A stretch of DNA of 64,000 nucleotides from Candidatus Latescibacterota bacterium (GTDB lineage Bacteria; Latescibacterota; UBA2968; GCA-2709665), in the NCBI GenBank assembly GCA_965219995.1, contig CBDCOX010000002.1, positions 1,824,001 through 1,888,000 of the forward strand. The letters are read 5' to 3'. Under the pieces are notes generated by a model. That model was not told where the DNA came from and ran no database searches. It saw only the letters and a program-made list of their open reading frames with translations. Numbering within the stretch: position 1 is the first letter of the stretch; each line of letters opens with the position of its first letter. A program made the translations under genes and the position numbers. Of this stretch, positions 18,894 through 28,395 are shown piece by piece.

Positions 18894-21800
18894 CTACTGA
18901 ACGTAGAATCCGGTCTGTCTGTTCGAAGTCAGACCGCTGTTCAGGTCGGTGACGTCGATTTCGAGTATATACTGCCCCGGCCTGGTCGACTGCAGATCCA
19001 GCTCCATGTATATTTCTTCCGACTCCGAGTTTCCGATCTGCTCGTAGCCCACCGCAAGTTCCTGTTTTCTGCCGGTGAATACACGCACCAACTGGGAGAT
19101 GACCCCACTGGCCGAGCGCCCCTGGACGCCCTTGGGCCGAATGGTATACTCCACCTTGTACCGGGTCTGTCCGAATGCGTCTTTCTTCAGGCGGTAAATT
19201 TCATAGTAGACAAAGACACCCTGGTCCCGCCCGAAGGTGCGGGTGGGAATTGGAATGACGCGGAGACCGCCCTTTCTGAATTTCCCCGGTTTGTCGGACT
19301 CGACAACCGAATGGGCCAATTGCAACTCGCTCAGCTGCAGGAAGTTCCTGTCGTAGTTGTCAATCACGACTTCCTGACGGTACCGGCCCTGCCGTCCGGA
19401 CAACCTGTCCCTGACCTGCACCTCCATCCGGTAGGTGCCGGGAGGTACGCCCAGATCCACCAGATCGGGCACAAAGCCGCCGCGCGCGCCGGTCAGGTCA
19501 CCGCCCCCGCTGAATTCCAGATTGCCCTGCCGGCGGTACACCGCGCCGTTGCGCGGGTTGTTCAGCGCCACGGATCGTTGCAGAAACATCTCGGTTGCGT
19601 CCCGATCGGGCAGATACTTGCCTAACTTATACGGCGCCCCGAAATAGACCTCCAGCATCGACCCGAGTCCACGATCATCCTCCCGGAAGTTGGCCAGATC
19701 GTAATAGAATTCCAGCGGCAATTTTTCTTCAGGCGGCTTGTAGTAGTCCGGCGTTACCCGGGCCGCCTGCTGGGCCACGAACCGCGGATTGAACTGGTTG
19801 AACTTGGTCAACTGCTGCATGGGGATGCGCACGTCCATCGGCGGCGGCGCGTACTCGAACTCGCCGCGCATGTGTTCATCGGTAAACGTGATTTCGATGC
19901 CCCCGTTCACATCGGTATAAACCCAGACCTCCCAGGGGACCATCGACGCGTCGTCCTGTGAAGATACGGCCTTGAATGCAAAATCGTTGGGTGACTCGCC
20001 CACCGCCAGAGCGCCGTCGTTCATCTGGACGTTTTCGAACCGGAGCAATTCCAGAGACGCATCCGAGACTTCGTTGTCTGACGTAATTCCCGATTCGAAG
20101 GTGATCCCCGTCCGCTGCGCCTGGCTTCCGGCTACCACCCGTGAGGCTTCCGTGTTGCGCCCGGCAATGCTGAGATCCTCCACCTGCCGGCCGGCGGCGA
20201 AGCCGTCGCCCAGATTCGCGCCGCCGCTGAGATTGGATTTCAGGCTGCGCACCGCGTACACGGGCCCGCCCATGAACGTCATCTGGAGGGCAGCCTGCCC
20301 GTACATCTGCCGGGCAATGCGCTCACGGACCCGCTGCACTTTCAGGCTCTGGTTGTAATTCTTCATATCCGAGGTGGACCGGTAGTCGGGTTCCCCGAAT
20401 CGAATATAGACCTCACCCCGCCGGTCCCAGGGCTGCTTGCCCGACGAATAAGCCCCCAGCGCGTACCAGACCCGCCGGTAGTGTTCCAGCAGGCGTTCGT
20501 TGATCGCCGTCGTCAGGTCCGGGTCATGAGCCGTCCAGAACCGTTTGACCAGTTCGACGCGCGCCTGGCCGTCGGCCATGTCGTACGCACTGCGCTCCTC
20601 CGAAGACATCAGAAGTACAGGATCGCGGTACAGCGCCTGCTCTTCCGCCGTCGCCGCTTGCAGGTACTCCCTGAAATAACGGTCTGCCCATTCGAGCCGT
20701 CCCAGCCCCACGCACGCCTGTGCCAGCACGGCCATCACGCCCGTTTCGTCCGGATGTTGCCGGACATAGTCAGTCAGCAGGTCCACGATCCGTTCGTAGT
20801 TCCGGGACCGGAGGTACACCGCGGCCAGCCGCTGGCGGCCCTTGGGATCTTCGGGTTTGAGCGTCATGTATCGCGCGTAAAGCAAGGCCGCCCGCTCGAA
20901 ATCCTCCTCGTGCACCTCGTACCACTCTCCCAGAAGCAGATAGGCGGGCGCATACGTAGGATCTATGTCGAGCACCTTCTCAATATCGTACCTCGCGTCG
21001 TGTTCCTTCAGCCTGCGCCTCAGCCTCGCGATATTGTAACGCGCTTCCAGGTAGTCGCGGTTGTATTGTAGAGCCTTCGTGTAGTACCGGATGGCGTCGT
21101 ACCGGGCTTTGGGCCGCCTTTCGAACACCTGACCGAGTCCGTTGTACGCTTCCGCCAACCTGTGGTCCAGTCGAACCGCACGTTCGAAAGAACGCAGCGC
21201 GGCGTCCGGATTCTTCGACTTCAAATAGGCATAACCCAGCAGGCAATGCCCGCGTGCGGACTTCGGCGCCATCAGCGTGACCACCCTCAGAACAGGCACG
21301 GCCGCCTTCGCGTCGACCTCCAGCACTCGCGCACCCACGTCCAGCAACGAATCCACCAGCGTCCGACCCGCCGCCCGGTCCATGACCTCGAAACCGTCCC
21401 CGCGGGGAACCAGTTCCAGCAGCCGCCCACGATGATAGGGACTGATCACCATCCCCTCTCCGTCAGCAGCCCCCGACCGGTAGAAATAACTGATCGGGCT
21501 CTTCTTTCGATCTTCGGGCGACCTGAACAACCGGTCGAGAATCCGCTCCTCCGAGTCGTCCAGCCCGCCGGCCCGGGCCGAGCCCTTCAACACCTGCAGG
21601 TTGGCAGGCTGTCTGCCGTCGTTGCGCCGGCGGAATTCAAGAATCATATCCCCGATCGCGGACAGGTTCTCCCTGCCGACCCATCGCGCCCCCTGGTCGC
21701 CCGCCATCCGCGACCTGCCCGCCAGCAGCTTCGCGTATGCCATGGCGGGCTTGGAATAGAGGAGGTGATCTCGAGCCAATGATTCGAACTGCTGAGCCGC

Positions 21801-22352
21801 ATCGCGATAAAAAAGCTGCGCGTGGCGGAATTCCCACTGACGGAGCGCTCCGTACGCCAGCTTTACCGTCATCATCGCCTTCTCTACGCCCGCGAGCGAA
21901 CGGTTGGGCCCGTTGCGCGGCCCCCCGTTCTGCGCGGAAACCCACTCGACGTCCAGGCGTTCGAGTTCAATCTCCCCCGGACGTCGCACAACCGTGCCGT
22001 TTACCATCACCTCCCAGACCTGGCTCTCCACCATCGGCACCGCCGCCTGCCCCATCCCGGAGAGACGATAGTCCCGTAGCGGACGGTCCTTGTAGAACAC
22101 CCGCCGGCCGTCCGCGGATCTGCCCAGTTGCCCGGGGCGGCCCGGGAAGGCGCCCAGCCTGTGTTCGATCCCGCTTGCGTCCACCGACCACACTTCCGTC
22201 AAAGCCGCCTGCCCGTTTTCGTAGGAAGCGGTCCAGACCCGCTGGCCGTTGGACTCCGCGGCGACCGGAAGCGCCGTCCCCGCCACCAATCCGCAGGCGG
22301 AGAGCAGACCAAACGCAAGGTGACCGAAGGATATTTTACCTGAACCAGGCAC
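18894..22352 (-). CDS. GWxTD domain-containing TPR protein
   Basis: Signal-peptide-like N-terminus, TPR array, RFWTAHDP...EHYRRVWYA...PWDRRGEVYIRFGEPD, WEVWVY, C-terminal Ig-like domains (VYYEIY, PGQYILEIDVTD); GTG start after GGAGG. Confidence 0.85.
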   Translation of the reverse strand: MPGSGKISFGHLAFGLLSACGLVAGTALPVAAESNGQRVWTASYENGQAALTEVWSVDASGIEHRLGAFPGRPGQLGRSADGRRVFYKDRPLRDYRLSGMGQAAVPMVESQVWEVMVNGTVVRRPGEIELERLDVEWVSAQNGGPRNGPNRSLAGVEKAMMTVKLAYGALRQWEFRHAQLFYRDAAQQFESLARDHLLYSKPAMAYAKLLAGRSRMAGDQGARWVGRENLSAIGDMILEFRRRNDGRQPANLQVLKGSARAGGLDDSEERILDRLFRSPEDRKKSPISYFYRSGAADGEGMVISPYHRGRLLELVPRGDGFEVMDRAAGRTLVDSLLDVGARVLEVDAKAAVPVLRVVTLMAPKSARGHCLLGYAYLKSKNPDAALRSFERAVRLDHRLAEAYNGLGQVFERRPKARYDAIRYYTKALQYNRDYLEARYNIARLRRRLKEHDARYDIEKVLDIDPTYAPAYLLLGEWYEVHEEDFERAALLYARYMTLKPEDPKGRQRLAAVYLRSRNYERIVDLLTDYVRQHPDETGVMAVLAQACVGLGRLEWADRYFREYLQAATAEEQALYRDPVLLMSSEERSAYDMADGQARVELVKRFWTAHDPDLTTAINERLLEHYRRVWYALGAYSSGKQPWDRRGEVYIRFGEPDYRSTSDMKNYNQSLKVQRVRERIARQMYGQAALQMTFMGGPVYAVRSLKSNLSGGANLGDGFAAGRQVEDLSIAGRNTEASRVVAGSQAQRTGITFESGITSDNEVSDASLELLRFENVQMNDGALAVGESPNDFAFKAVSSQDDASMVPWEVWVYTDVNGGIEITFTDEHMRGEFEYAPPPMDVRIPMQQLTKFNQFNPRFVAQQAARVTPDYYKPPEEKLPLEFYYDLANFREDDRGLGSMLEVYFGAPYKLGKYLPDRDATEMFLQRSVALNNPRNGAVYRRQGNLEFSGGGDLTGARGGFVPDLVDLGVPPGTYRMEVQVRDRLSGRQGRYRQEVVIDNYDRNFLQLSELQLAHSVVESDKPGKFRKGGLRVIPIPTRTFGRDQGVFVYYEIYRLKKDAFGQTRYKVEYTIRPKGVQGRSASGVISQLVRVFTGRKQELAVGYEQIGNSESEEIYMELDLQSTRPGQYILEIDVTDLNSGLTSNRQTGFYVQ

Positions 22353-22472
22353 GTACAGCTCCTCCCCGAGAATTCGGGGCCTGACGCGACGCGAGAACCT
22401 ACCCGGTATCAACCTCGATGCGAAATACGATAACCGAAAAACCGGCCACAAAAAGCACAACTGAAAAAGACA

Positions 22473-22540
22473 AGAAACTACGAAACACGCGAATAACACG
22501 AAAAATAAAGGGCTGGATCAATTGCCACAAAAGGCACAAA
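22473..22540. repeat. intergenic element, copy 1 (homologous to 32913-32979)
   Basis: AGAAACTACGAAACACGCGAATAACACGAAAAATAAAGGGCTGGATCAATTGCCACAAAAGGCACAA; internal ~9-nt periodic cACgAA/cACAAA units. Confidence 0.7.
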
Positions 22541-22713
22541 AACACAAAAGGAGACGACTTCTGAAACCGGCCAGCGGCCTTAATAAAACACTGCGTACAC
22601 GGTGGTTCCGAGCAAGAGCCGTCTCTGGAATAGTGCGAATGGATATTACTAAAGAATAACGAATCAGGAAGAAAAATCAAAGCTGATTCTGTTACGCACG
22701 CCGTGATTCGCCT

Positions 22714-24687
22714 TCATTCCGACAGCAAACGAATCCGGCGGCGGGCTTCGGCCGAAACCTGCGAATCACCTTGCCACCGTTTCAGGAACTCCCGATAGGC
22801 GGCGACCGCATCCCCCGACCTGCCCTGTCTCTCCAGCACCTGGCCCAGATTGAAAAACGCCCTCGCGTCTCCCAGCGACGCGGACTTGCGATACGCCTGC
22901 GCCGCTTCTTCGGGCCGACCCGTGTTCTCCAACGCCACGCCGAGATTGAAGTGGGTTTCCTCATCATCCGGCAGCAAAACCGCTGCCTGCCTGAACCCTT
23001 CCACGGCCATCGCCGGCTCCCCGGCCCGCATGGCAGTCACACCCAGATTCATCCAGGCCTCGGCATATTGCGGGTCCAGACCTACGGCTTGCCGGTATGC
23101 GTCGGCCGCCTGCGCAAACGCCCCCTTCACGCCGTACGCATTGCCCAGGTTGTTGTAGGTCATCGCTTCTTCGCGTATCGACAGCGCCCGTTGAAAAGCG
23201 AGAATTGCCCGGTCCATCAACCCGCGCTCGGCAAACACCTGCCCTACCGCCTGGTGCATTTTCGCGCTCTCGGGATATGCCCGTACCGCACTCGAAAACA
23301 GGCTGAATTCGTCCTTCCAGTCCCGGTTTCGAACCATTGTGCGTGCGGCGTACCCCACCACCACAAGAGTAACCGAGATGACGACGCTGAAGCCGTACCG
23401 CCTGAACAACCGGTCGACCCCGACCCCTGCCAGTGCGAACACGCCGAGGACCGGGATATAGAGAAACCGTTCCTGCACCATTGAATTCAGAAGCAACACG
23501 GTCTGCGACACCCCGGCATACGGCACCCAAAAGAGCGCGCCACAAAAAAACAGCCGCGGACATCTTGCGAGCGATCGTATCCACAGGCACAGCCCGCCCA
23601 GACCCGCCACCACACCGGCGATCACTCCGGGTTCGAGAAAGGACAACGAAACCGGAATCGCATTGTACGAGTAATCCACCGACAGCCGCCACGGAAATAC
23701 CAGAAGGGAAACATAGTGCCAGAGAATCTTCCCGGCGGTCAGCAACCGCACTTCCAGTGAGGCCCCGTAGAGGGGATTTACCAGTTCGGTCATCCCACCG
23801 GGCGAAAAGCCAAGCCCCGCGGCCGTGTTGCGCACGACCAGACAGATCGCGAATACGCCCACAAAGCCCAGCCACCACGACCATCTTGTCCGTACCACGC
23901 CCGCAACCCGGCGCAGAACCTCGGCCCATCCGGGTCTGCCGGCCGACCAGGATAAAGCGGTCTCAGGCGCACCTTCCCGAAGCTTCGTTCCGCGCTCCCC
24001 ACTCTGAAACGCATCGCCCCCTCCAATCCCCATCCCCGATGCCAGGTCGTATACGACAACGAGGCCCATCAACGCGAGGGCGCTCTCCTTGCTGATCAGA
24101 CCGCAGAAGAAGGCGACAAGCGAGAGCGCATAGGCCCCCCGTGAACGGGAGGGATGCATATACGCCGCCATACCCGCCAGCAAGAATGCGCCGGCCAGCA
24201 GGTCGGACCGTCCAAAGGTCACACCCGCCGCCACTTCCGAGTGGATCGGATGTACCGCAAATAACAGGCCCGCAACGCCCGCAGCGAACCGGCTCAGACC
24301 GGCGCGCCTGCACAACCGCCACGCCAGCAGGCTGCAACACACGTGAAGAAGCACATTGGTCAGGTGATATCGAAACGGCCGAATGCCGCCCAGCGCGTCC
24401 AACAGAAACGTCAACACGGTCAGGGGCCGGTAATGACCGGTTTGGTTTCCGGGGTAACCCGCCCAATAGTGGGTTGTAAACACGCTGCCAAAATCCAGTC
24501 GCTCCACGAGCCAGCTCCGTACGATCAGGAATTGGTCGTCGTAAACCAGCCCGTTGCCCAGCGCATTCGCATAGACCATAAACGCGGCGATTCCCACCAG
24601 AGCCGGCCACGTGTATGTACCAGTCGGACCAGGGCCTTCGGGCGAGGGAGCCCGCTTCTTGCGCCCTCGGAAGATACGTTTCGCCAT
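22714..24687 (-). CDS. TMTC-like (DUF1736 + TPR) membrane protein; candidate protein O-mannosyltransferase
   Basis: LVYDD, HYRPLT, YHLTNVLLH, LLFAVHPIHSEV, SKESA, LSVDYS, ERFLYIP, RNRDWKDE, then TPRs. Confidence 0.85.
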   Translation of the reverse strand: MAKRIFRGRKKRAPSPEGPGPTGTYTWPALVGIAAFMVYANALGNGLVYDDQFLIVRSWLVERLDFGSVFTTHYWAGYPGNQTGHYRPLTVLTFLLDALGGIRPFRYHLTNVLLHVCCSLLAWRLCRRAGLSRFAAGVAGLLFAVHPIHSEVAAGVTFGRSDLLAGAFLLAGMAAYMHPSRSRGAYALSLVAFFCGLISKESALALMGLVVVYDLASGMGIGGGDAFQSGERGTKLREGAPETALSWSAGRPGWAEVLRRVAGVVRTRWSWWLGFVGVFAICLVVRNTAAGLGFSPGGMTELVNPLYGASLEVRLLTAGKILWHYVSLLVFPWRLSVDYSYNAIPVSLSFLEPGVIAGVVAGLGGLCLWIRSLARCPRLFFCGALFWVPYAGVSQTVLLLNSMVQERFLYIPVLGVFALAGVGVDRLFRRYGFSVVISVTLVVVGYAARTMVRNRDWKDEFSLFSSAVRAYPESAKMHQAVGQVFAERGLMDRAILAFQRALSIREEAMTYNNLGNAYGVKGAFAQAADAYRQAVGLDPQYAEAWMNLGVTAMRAGEPAMAVEGFRQAAVLLPDDEETHFNLGVALENTGRPEEAAQAYRKSASLGDARAFFNLGQVLERQGRSGDAVAAYREFLKRWQGDSQVSAEARRRIRLLSE

Positions 24688-24702
24688 ACCTGCGGCTACC
24701 CG

Positions 24703-24749
24703 AAAAGAAACGGGCGGCGTCCGGACTCACAGTCCCGGGCGCCGCCCGT
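24703..24749 (-). terminator. intrinsic terminator ending the TBDR-PorV operon
   Basis: ACGGGCGGCG...CGCCGCCCGT long stem followed by TTCTTTT on the minus strand. Confidence 0.75.
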
Positions 24750-24819
24750 CGGTTCATACGCCGACAAAGCGCCGGATTTCATCAGGTTCCAATCAATCCC
24801 GCCGCTTTGCAGATGCGAC

Positions 24820-25812
24820 TTAGAACGTACCTCCGACAGAAACGCGGATCGGCGGATCGAACATGACAACACCGTCGTTCTGCTGCAGGAGCGAAACCGC
24901 CACGTCCGCCGTGATGGTACGGCCCCCGAAGGTCTGTTTCAGGCCCGCGCCCACGGCAATGCTCTCGAGGTCGTAGTTCCACTTCCAGCCGGCCCGCAAC
25001 GCGAGCGCGTTCTGCAGCCACAACTCCGCGCCGAAATGCCAGCGCTGCTCGAAGTCTACGAAAAACGCGCTCTCCACGGATGCCGTAAGGTAGGACGGAT
25101 CGCCCTTTTCACCGTAGACTTCCGCGGCAACGCCGATATTATAGACAAGCGGCAACAGGTACGCACGGTCGCCCGACTTCCGGTCAGGCCCGAAATTCCT
25201 GAACGCCATAGCGATGCGCAGGCTTCGGAAACCCGTGTAGAAGAAGCTGCCCACGTCCACCGTAAAGCCCGTGGTCTTCACCGTGTAGAGCTTCTCCTGA
25301 ACGTAGTTCGCCTTCGCGCTGAACGAGAACTTGTCCGTGAACTTGATCGCATAGAGCAGACCGACGGAGATATTATGTACGATCACGTCCTGGCCGGTCC
25401 CGTTCGGCTGATAGATCGTGGTCTCCTTCGACGGCTTCGGGTTGTGCGAGGTTACCGCAATACCGAGCACCTCGCCCCGGGCCGATCGCGTGTTCCACAC
25501 GGCGGCAGCCGAATACAGCTGGGTGTCGAGAAGAAACCGCGTCCAGTTCGCCTGGTAGGCCACGCGCTCCACGTGCACGAGCCCGGACCCGTTCCAGAAG
25601 ATCGCATTGATATCGTCGGCTACCGCGGTAAACGCGTCGCCCATGGCCACGGCCCGGGCGCCCTGGCCGATCTTCAGGAACTGCATCCCGGAAATGTTAA
25701 CTTTTTTGACACCATACTCTCCGGTCACCCCACCCCACTTCACGGCCAATGCCGGCGAAGCGGCAAGCAGCAGGGCCAAGACCGACGTAATGATTACCAT
25801 ACTTCTTTTCAC
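24820..25812 (-). CDS. PorV/PorQ family outer-membrane beta-barrel protein
   Basis: FLKIGQGARAVAMGDAFTAVADDINAIFWN signature; C-terminal Phe. Confidence 0.88.
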   Translation of the reverse strand: MKRSMVIITSVLALLLAASPALAVKWGGVTGEYGVKKVNISGMQFLKIGQGARAVAMGDAFTAVADDINAIFWNGSGLVHVERVAYQANWTRFLLDTQLYSAAAVWNTRSARGEVLGIAVTSHNPKPSKETTIYQPNGTGQDVIVHNISVGLLYAIKFTDKFSFSAKANYVQEKLYTVKTTGFTVDVGSFFYTGFRSLRIAMAFRNFGPDRKSGDRAYLLPLVYNIGVAAEVYGEKGDPSYLTASVESAFFVDFEQRWHFGAELWLQNALALRAGWKWNYDLESIAVGAGLKQTFGGRTITADVAVSLLQQNDGVVMFDPPIRVSVGGTF

Positions 25813-25840
25813 GTCATTTCCTCCTTGTTTTGTGCGCCCG

Positions 25841-28318
25841 CTACTTGATCAGCACGAAGCTGCCTCGTCGGGTCTCTCCGCCGGATACGACAACGAAATA
25901 ATACAGACCGGTCTGCACCTCGCCGGCGATATTGAACGAGATCTGACGAAACTCGGTCTCACCCTTGGAGAGCGGAGTCCGGTCCGTTGTTTCCACGCGG
26001 TCGCCGGAGGCCGAGTAAATGTGAATGATGGCGTCGGAAGTCAGGCCCACGACGCGAAGGTTGCGGGAGTTGGGATACTGGTGAACGCCGTCCACGTAAT
26101 ATGGATTCGGTACGATGAGCACCTCTTCCGGGAGGCTGGACAACAGGGCCTGGAAGGGTTTGCGGTTGTCGCCGTCGTACGTCCTTGCCGTCGACGGCCC
26201 CCAGCCGCTTTCATACCCCCTCCGGATATTGGCCTGCACGCGGTCGCTGGGGATATCGTCGATGGTCATCCCGCTGTTCCACGTGTAGGACTCCACGCCG
26301 CTCGCGTACGGTCGTGCGGAATAGAAGTAGGAAAAGCCGGCGGTGGTCTCAAGGTCTTCGTATTCATACACGCCGTCGGCATTGATGCCCCATTCACCGC
26401 GGGGCAGACCCGCCGGACTGACCGAAGACCCGCTGGACCCGTTCTCGATGATTCCATACAGCTCCCAGGGTCCCCAGGAGAACCACTCCGACTTGTACAG
26501 GCGGACGCCCAATATATCCTGTTCACCTGTATACGGATTGACGGCGGACTCGGACTCCCTGCCCCACCGGATCAACTGCTTGGCCTTGGTGGAAGAGGTG
26601 AGATTGTCAGCCGAAATATACGCTTCCGTGGGCGAGACCGGCACCTGGTAGTTGTTGTCGTAGACCCAGTGGGCCAGCTTCAGATTCTCCAGGGCTGCCT
26701 CTTCACCCTTCGTCTTTATCTTCGCAATCTTGTTCTCCGGGGTGTCACTCGACCGGTCCCACTTGATCAGCCCGATGTCCTGCTCGTTGGCGGGAATCGG
26801 TTCCAGCAGCGACGGGTGACCTGCGCCCCAGGAAAACACGAGCTTGACCGATTCGCCCGCGCCCACGTTGTACGGTCCGTAAACCGTCATGTCGTGGAAT
26901 ACCTTGCGCGTGGAAATGTCGCCCTCGTCCGGATTGGCCTGGTAACCGCCGGTCGTTATGACGCTGGCGAGTTGCGCGGCGCTGTGCGTGGTGTACGTGG
27001 GGTCGTCGAAATCACCCGTGGAACGGGCCAGCCACCACTGGAACGAACGCGGCTGTTTGTCTTCGCCGGGCTGTACGTATTTGCCCCGGTCCGCCTCGTT
27101 GAAGGAAAACTTCGGGTCGTCCGGGTTGTCCGCATAGGCGATGGGCGCCATGAAATAGGTGCTTGGCGCTCTCGGCTGGCCTTCGGTCTGCAGGATATTG
27201 TAGTTGGAAGGCACGATCGCCTTGAAGAACGGATCGCCGGTATCGTCGTGCGAGGAAAACGGATTGTCGGAGTCCCTGCGGATGACCGCGCGCATGTCCT
27301 CGCCCGCGAACGCGCCGTTCGCGGAGAAGGCATTCGGATATCCGTCGGCCTCGGTATACCACATCGTGTCGTCCATGCCGCGGGCATTGGAAGCGTAGAA
27401 GTTCCAACCGAACTCCTCGAGAATGCCCATCGCCGTCATCGCGGCCACGTTCTTGAACGCGATGTAGAGGTTGTTGATTGGACCCGGCGCTTCACCGACG
27501 CCGTCACCGTCGAAGTCGCCGGTGTTCGTGAAGGTGAGGTCCACGATGTAGAAGTCATCGAAATCCGGATTGGACCAGCTGTACACGCGCCGCTGGGCAA
27601 GAATCCCGTTCTGCTTGTCGATCCACTGGGCGATGATGGTCTCTTCCGGAATGGTCACGTCGACCAGGTTGTGCGCCCCCAGGTTGAAGTTGGCGATGTG
27701 CGCCGGCGGGGTGGATACCGGGTCCCAGTTAGCGCCGTAGATGCTGCCCGGGTCGTCGGCGGTGACACCCGGCCAGTAATTGGACAGCGAGCCGCCCGCG
27801 CCCTGTTCGCCCGGTGAGATCGCGCTGTTCGGCAACTCGGCCAACTGATTCAATGGATTGGGCTGTCCCCAGTTCTCTTCCGGATTTCCCACCGGATCGT
27901 AGGGGAACGCCTGGTTGTGTTCCACGATCTGCAGGTTTTCGCGGGGACCGGTTACCGTTACGGTACCCTTGTCGGCGTTCAGGATCCAGATGCCTTCGCC
28001 GCCCGATACCTTGTAGTCGTTGTACATCTGGGACTTCTGGTTGGACGTGAACTGCGACAGCACCGCGCCGAACGAACCCGGCCCGTTGCCGTTCCAGGGA
28101 TAGGCGTTGCGCCTGTAGCCGCGCCCCCACTCCTGGTTGCCGCCCATACCCCCGATGTTGTTGTAGCTGTTGGAGATCAACGACCTCAGGTTATACCTGC
28201 TGGATATGTTGTCGGGAGTGGCCTGCGCATCGACCGGGACCGGCTGAAAGACAATCACAGCCAGTGCAAGGCAGCAGACGGCAACCAACCCCTTTGTAAT
28301 GAAATTCAGACGTTTCAT
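25841..28318 (-). CDS. secreted protein with T9SS-CTD/FlgD-like C-terminal Ig domain
   Basis: Sec signal peptide (..VDAQA); C-terminus VPNPY...IHIYSASGDRV...TGLYYFVV...GSFVLIK; Asp/Asn/Gly-rich, DFDGDG Ca-binding-like motif. Confidence 0.75.
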   Translation of the reverse strand: MKRLNFITKGLVAVCCLALAVIVFQPVPVDAQATPDNISSRYNLRSLISNSYNNIGGMGGNQEWGRGYRRNAYPWNGNGPGSFGAVLSQFTSNQKSQMYNDYKVSGGEGIWILNADKGTVTVTGPRENLQIVEHNQAFPYDPVGNPEENWGQPNPLNQLAELPNSAISPGEQGAGGSLSNYWPGVTADDPGSIYGANWDPVSTPPAHIANFNLGAHNLVDVTIPEETIIAQWIDKQNGILAQRRVYSWSNPDFDDFYIVDLTFTNTGDFDGDGVGEAPGPINNLYIAFKNVAAMTAMGILEEFGWNFYASNARGMDDTMWYTEADGYPNAFSANGAFAGEDMRAVIRRDSDNPFSSHDDTGDPFFKAIVPSNYNILQTEGQPRAPSTYFMAPIAYADNPDDPKFSFNEADRGKYVQPGEDKQPRSFQWWLARSTGDFDDPTYTTHSAAQLASVITTGGYQANPDEGDISTRKVFHDMTVYGPYNVGAGESVKLVFSWGAGHPSLLEPIPANEQDIGLIKWDRSSDTPENKIAKIKTKGEEAALENLKLAHWVYDNNYQVPVSPTEAYISADNLTSSTKAKQLIRWGRESESAVNPYTGEQDILGVRLYKSEWFSWGPWELYGIIENGSSGSSVSPAGLPRGEWGINADGVYEYEDLETTAGFSYFYSARPYASGVESYTWNSGMTIDDIPSDRVQANIRRGYESGWGPSTARTYDGDNRKPFQALLSSLPEEVLIVPNPYYVDGVHQYPNSRNLRVVGLTSDAIIHIYSASGDRVETTDRTPLSKGETEFRQISFNIAGEVQTGLYYFVVVSGGETRRGSFVLIK

Positions 28319-28395
28319 ATCCTTCTCCGCCTCCATTCGAAAGCAATTCGGAGCAGGCGCGCCGGCAGCGTTGTCGCTGCCGGCGCACCAATTTC

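Noticed and set aside
22353-22499. N-terminal extension of the GWxTD ORF (1201-aa version)
   Set aside because: It translates through the A-rich repeat; GTG at 22352 has a GGAGG RBS followed by a signal-peptide-like sequence
22444-22550. CRISPR-like or tandem array
   Set aside because: Units are ~9 nt and degenerate, with no spacers and no cas genes in the window
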